Part shown: piece after piece, positions 61,715-64,000 of the stretch
Layout of the letters: every line of letters begins with the position of its first letter
Position numbering within the stretch: the stretch's first letter is position 1
NCBI GenBank assembly: GCA_045633705.1
Contig: JAZQYV010000005.1
Span: 24,561-88,560 of the forward strand
Source: Candidatus Onthoplasma sp.
GTDB taxonomy: Bacteria > Bacillota > Clostridia > Christensenellales > UBA1242
Reading direction: 5' to 3'
DNA: 64,000 nucleotides
The notes under the pieces: generated by a model
The model's input: only the letters and a program-made list of their open reading frames with translations
Databases searched by the model: none
What the model was told of the DNA's origin: nothing
Position numbers and translations under genes: made by a program

Positions 61715-61749
61715 ATAGGTCAAGAGAACACGGCTCTTGACCTATTTTT
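61715..61749 (+). terminator. Attenuator terminator in the cysS leader
   Basis: ATAGGTCAAGAG / CTCTTGACCTAT 12-bp perfect stem with T-run, between promoter and cysS. Confidence 0.8.
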
Positions 61750-61751
61750 AT

Positions 61752-61785
61752 AGTGAAAAATGAATAATTATAGATGCTTTGATTT
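61752..61785 (+). repeat. Partial heptamer-repeat element in the cysS leader
   Basis: AGTGAAA AATGAAT AATT ATA GATGCTTTG. Confidence 0.55.
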
Positions 61786-61835
61786 TTAAATTTAAACAAA
61801 AAACATTTTAAATCATATATAATAAGGAGAATAAT

Positions 61836-63275
61836 ATGAGATTTTATAATAGTTTAACTAGGCAAATTGAAGAATTTAAGCCAGTAGATGAGAAAGTTGT
61901 AAAAATGTATACTTGCGGGCCTACAGTGTATCATTTTGCACATATTGGCAATCTTCGTAGTTATATTATGGAAGATGTGCTTGAAAAAACACTACGTTTT
62001 GTAGGGTATAATGTGGTTAGATGTATGAATATTACCGATGTAGGACACTTAACTGGTGATAGCGATGATGGCGAAGACAAAATGCTACTTGGTGCTCAGC
62101 GTGAAAATAAGACCGTATTAGACATTGCGCGTTTTTACACCGAAAAATTCAAGGAAGATTGTGCTGATTTAAATATTAAATGGCCTGAAATTGTTGTACC
62201 TGCTACAAGTTGTATTGACGAGTATATTAAGATGATTGAAGTGTTACTTGAAAAGGGCTTTGCGTATCAATCAAATGGAAACGTATACTTTGATGTAAGT
62301 AAGTTGGACAATTATTATACACTAACAAATCATAAGGCTGACGATATGCTTGTAGGCGTGCGTGATGGGGTAGAGCAAGATGATGGTAAACGCAACCAAG
62401 CAGACTTTGCGCTATGGTTTACCAAATCTAAGTTTGCCGACCAAGAGCTTAAATGGGATAGCCCTTGGGGAATTGGTTACCCAGGCTGGCATATTGAATG
62501 TAGCGGTATTTCGTGCAAGCACCTTGGCGAATATCTTGATATTCATTGTGGTGGGGTTGATAATAAATTCCCACATCATACCAACGAAATTGCGCAAAGT
62601 GAGGCATATCTTGGCCATAAGTGGTGTAATTACTGGTTCCACGTTGAGCATTTAAATGGCGAAAATGGCAAGATGAGTAAAAGTGAAGGCGGTTTTGTAA
62701 CAGTCGATAGCTTAAAGGAAAAGGGATACAGCCCATTAGCATATAGATTTTTCTGCTTGATGTCACACTATGCAAAACCGTTGGTATTTAGTTTTGACCG
62801 CCTTGATGGCGCAGTTTCGGCTTATAATAAGCTAAAAGAAAAAACTTTGGCATTAAAACGTGAAGCGATAAAAACTCACAATCTTAATTCGGACAACGAA
62901 CTATTAGATATGATAAACGAAAGTGTATCGGATGAGGCAGAAGAGTTTGTTGTTAGATTTAAAGATGCTATACAAGATGATTTAAATACATCTATGGCAA
63001 TCACTGTGTTGTATGACGCGCTAAAAGCAAATATTATTGATGAAGATAAGTTATATTTAATTAATGAATTTGACAAAGTGTTAGGTCTAGATTTATTAAA
63101 AGAAGATAAAATTGCAGATGAAATTCCGCAAGAAGTGAAAGCTTTGGCTCAAATTCGCTGGCAAGCAAAACTTGACAAAAACTGGGCAGTTGCAGATGAA
63201 ATGCGTAATAAAATCACAAGCCTGGGATATCAAATATTAGATAGTAAAGAAGGTTATGAGATTAAAAAGATGTAA
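61836..63275 (+). CDS. cysS: Cysteine--tRNA ligase
   Basis: YTCGPTVY, HIGN, PGWHIECS, FPHH.NE and KMSKS. Confidence 0.98.
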   Translation: MRFYNSLTRQIEEFKPVDEKVVKMYTCGPTVYHFAHIGNLRSYIMEDVLEKTLRFVGYNVVRCMNITDVGHLTGDSDDGEDKMLLGAQRENKTVLDIARFYTEKFKEDCADLNIKWPEIVVPATSCIDEYIKMIEVLLEKGFAYQSNGNVYFDVSKLDNYYTLTNHKADDMLVGVRDGVEQDDGKRNQADFALWFTKSKFADQELKWDSPWGIGYPGWHIECSGISCKHLGEYLDIHCGGVDNKFPHHTNEIAQSEAYLGHKWCNYWFHVEHLNGENGKMSKSEGGFVTVDSLKEKGYSPLAYRFFCLMSHYAKPLVFSFDRLDGAVSAYNKLKEKTLALKREAIKTHNLNSDNELLDMINESVSDEAEEFVVRFKDAIQDDLNTSMAITVLYDALKANIIDEDKLYLINEFDKVLGLDLLKEDKIADEIPQEVKALAQIRWQAKLDKNWAVADEMRNKITSLGYQILDSKEGYEIKKM

Positions 63276-63457
63276 CAATATATATTGTATTTAAGTTTAT
63301 ATATACACAATATATTGTTTGTGCTTAATATAAAATTTAATTAACTATAAACACTTATAAAAACTACAAAACAACCTAAAAAGAGCAAGGATTAGACAAA
63401 ACCTGCTCTTTTTTTTGCGTTTTTATATGCTACAATATTTAGCAGTTGGAGGGGGAA

Positions 63458-63769
63458 ATGCAAATTAAAACAAAAGTATATAATAATTCGCTATACGTGC
63501 TATTAATAGGCGAACTAGATGAGTGCTGTGCGCCATATGTGAGAACAACTTTGGATAATATATTTGAAACTGAAAAGCGATTTAACAAGGTTATAATTGA
63601 CCTATCACAGCTTGATTTTATGGATAGTACAGGTATTGGCGTTATGATTGGTAGATATAAAAAATTGCAATCAAGAAACATACCAATATATATCATTAAT
63701 CCATCACATCAAGCGGAAAAAATATTTAAAATGTCAGGACTGTATGATATTATGCCTAAAATTAGTTAA
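63458..63769 (+). CDS. spoIIAA: Anti-sigmaF antagonist SpoIIAA
   Basis: GELDE and FMDSTGIGVMIGRYK (STAS domain); precedes spoIIAB. Confidence 0.9.
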   Translation: MQIKTKVYNNSLYVLLIGELDECCAPYVRTTLDNIFETEKRFNKVIIDLSQLDFMDSTGIGVMIGRYKKLQSRNIPIYIINPSHQAEKIFKMSGLYDIMPKIS

Positions 63770-63864
63770 GTAAATAAGTATAAGTGGTACAAGCAAGGGT
63801 ATAAAACAATAAATTTTACAAATGCTAGAACGGCTAATTTGCCTAAAATAAATAAGGAGATTGT

Positions 63865-64000
63865 ATGAAAAATAAAATAGAAATTAAATTTAAATCGTTG
63901 CCAGAAAATGAGGCGTTTGCACGTACTTGTGTGTCGGCATTTTGCCTTAAATTAAATCCGACACTTGATGAAATTGGAGATATAAAAACAGCTGTAAGTG
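63865..64000 (+). CDS. spoIIAB: Anti-sigmaF factor SpoIIAB (3'-truncated by window edge)
   Basis: MKNKIEIKFKSLPENEAFARTCVSAF..LNPTLDEIGDIKTAVS. Confidence 0.92.
   Translation, partial: MKNKIEIKFKSLPENEAFARTCVSAFCLKLNPTLDEIGDIKTAVS

Noticed and set aside
61621-61835. T-box riboswitch upstream of cysS
   Set aside because: No T-box antiterminator consensus (GGTGGnACC) and the leader before the terminator is too short for stem I.

Overview
This is a 64 kb chromosomal segment of an AT-rich, spore-forming Firmicute, most likely a Clostridia-type lineage. That assignment is inferred from spoIIAA/AB, ylbJ, ytfI/J-dacB, spoVE/ftsW and the gene order. Most of it is housekeeping: a thinned dcw cluster (murE-mraY-ftsW-murA-ftsQ-ftsA-ftsZ), rpsB-tsf, pta-ackA, rpmF-plsX-rnc, rpoZ-priA-def-fmt-rlmN-rpe-rsmE-mtaB-hit-rpsU, pcrA-ligA, smc, rluB-plsC-rpsA, seven tRNAs, cysS and the start of spoIIA. 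Single AT-rich orphan genes sit inside several conserved operons. No transposase, integrase, CRISPR array or reverse transcriptase was seen. The most unusual signals are non-coding. (1) A symmetric ladder of 4x ATGATAT and 4x ATATCAT heptamers, separated by variable mini-hairpins, lies directly upstream of a four-helix-bundle (Avd/IVP-like) gene. (2) A dispersed heptamer-repeat plus mini-hairpin element overlaps the stop codons of fmt, rsmE, mtaB and pcrA in the same phase. (3) A near-leaderless MKKCCCNLK leader peptide with attenuator-like pairings precedes cysS, where a T-box would be expected. (4) An unassigned structured RNA candidate of about 157 nt lies upstream of the tRNA operon. All calls come from reading the sequence by eye; no database searches were run.
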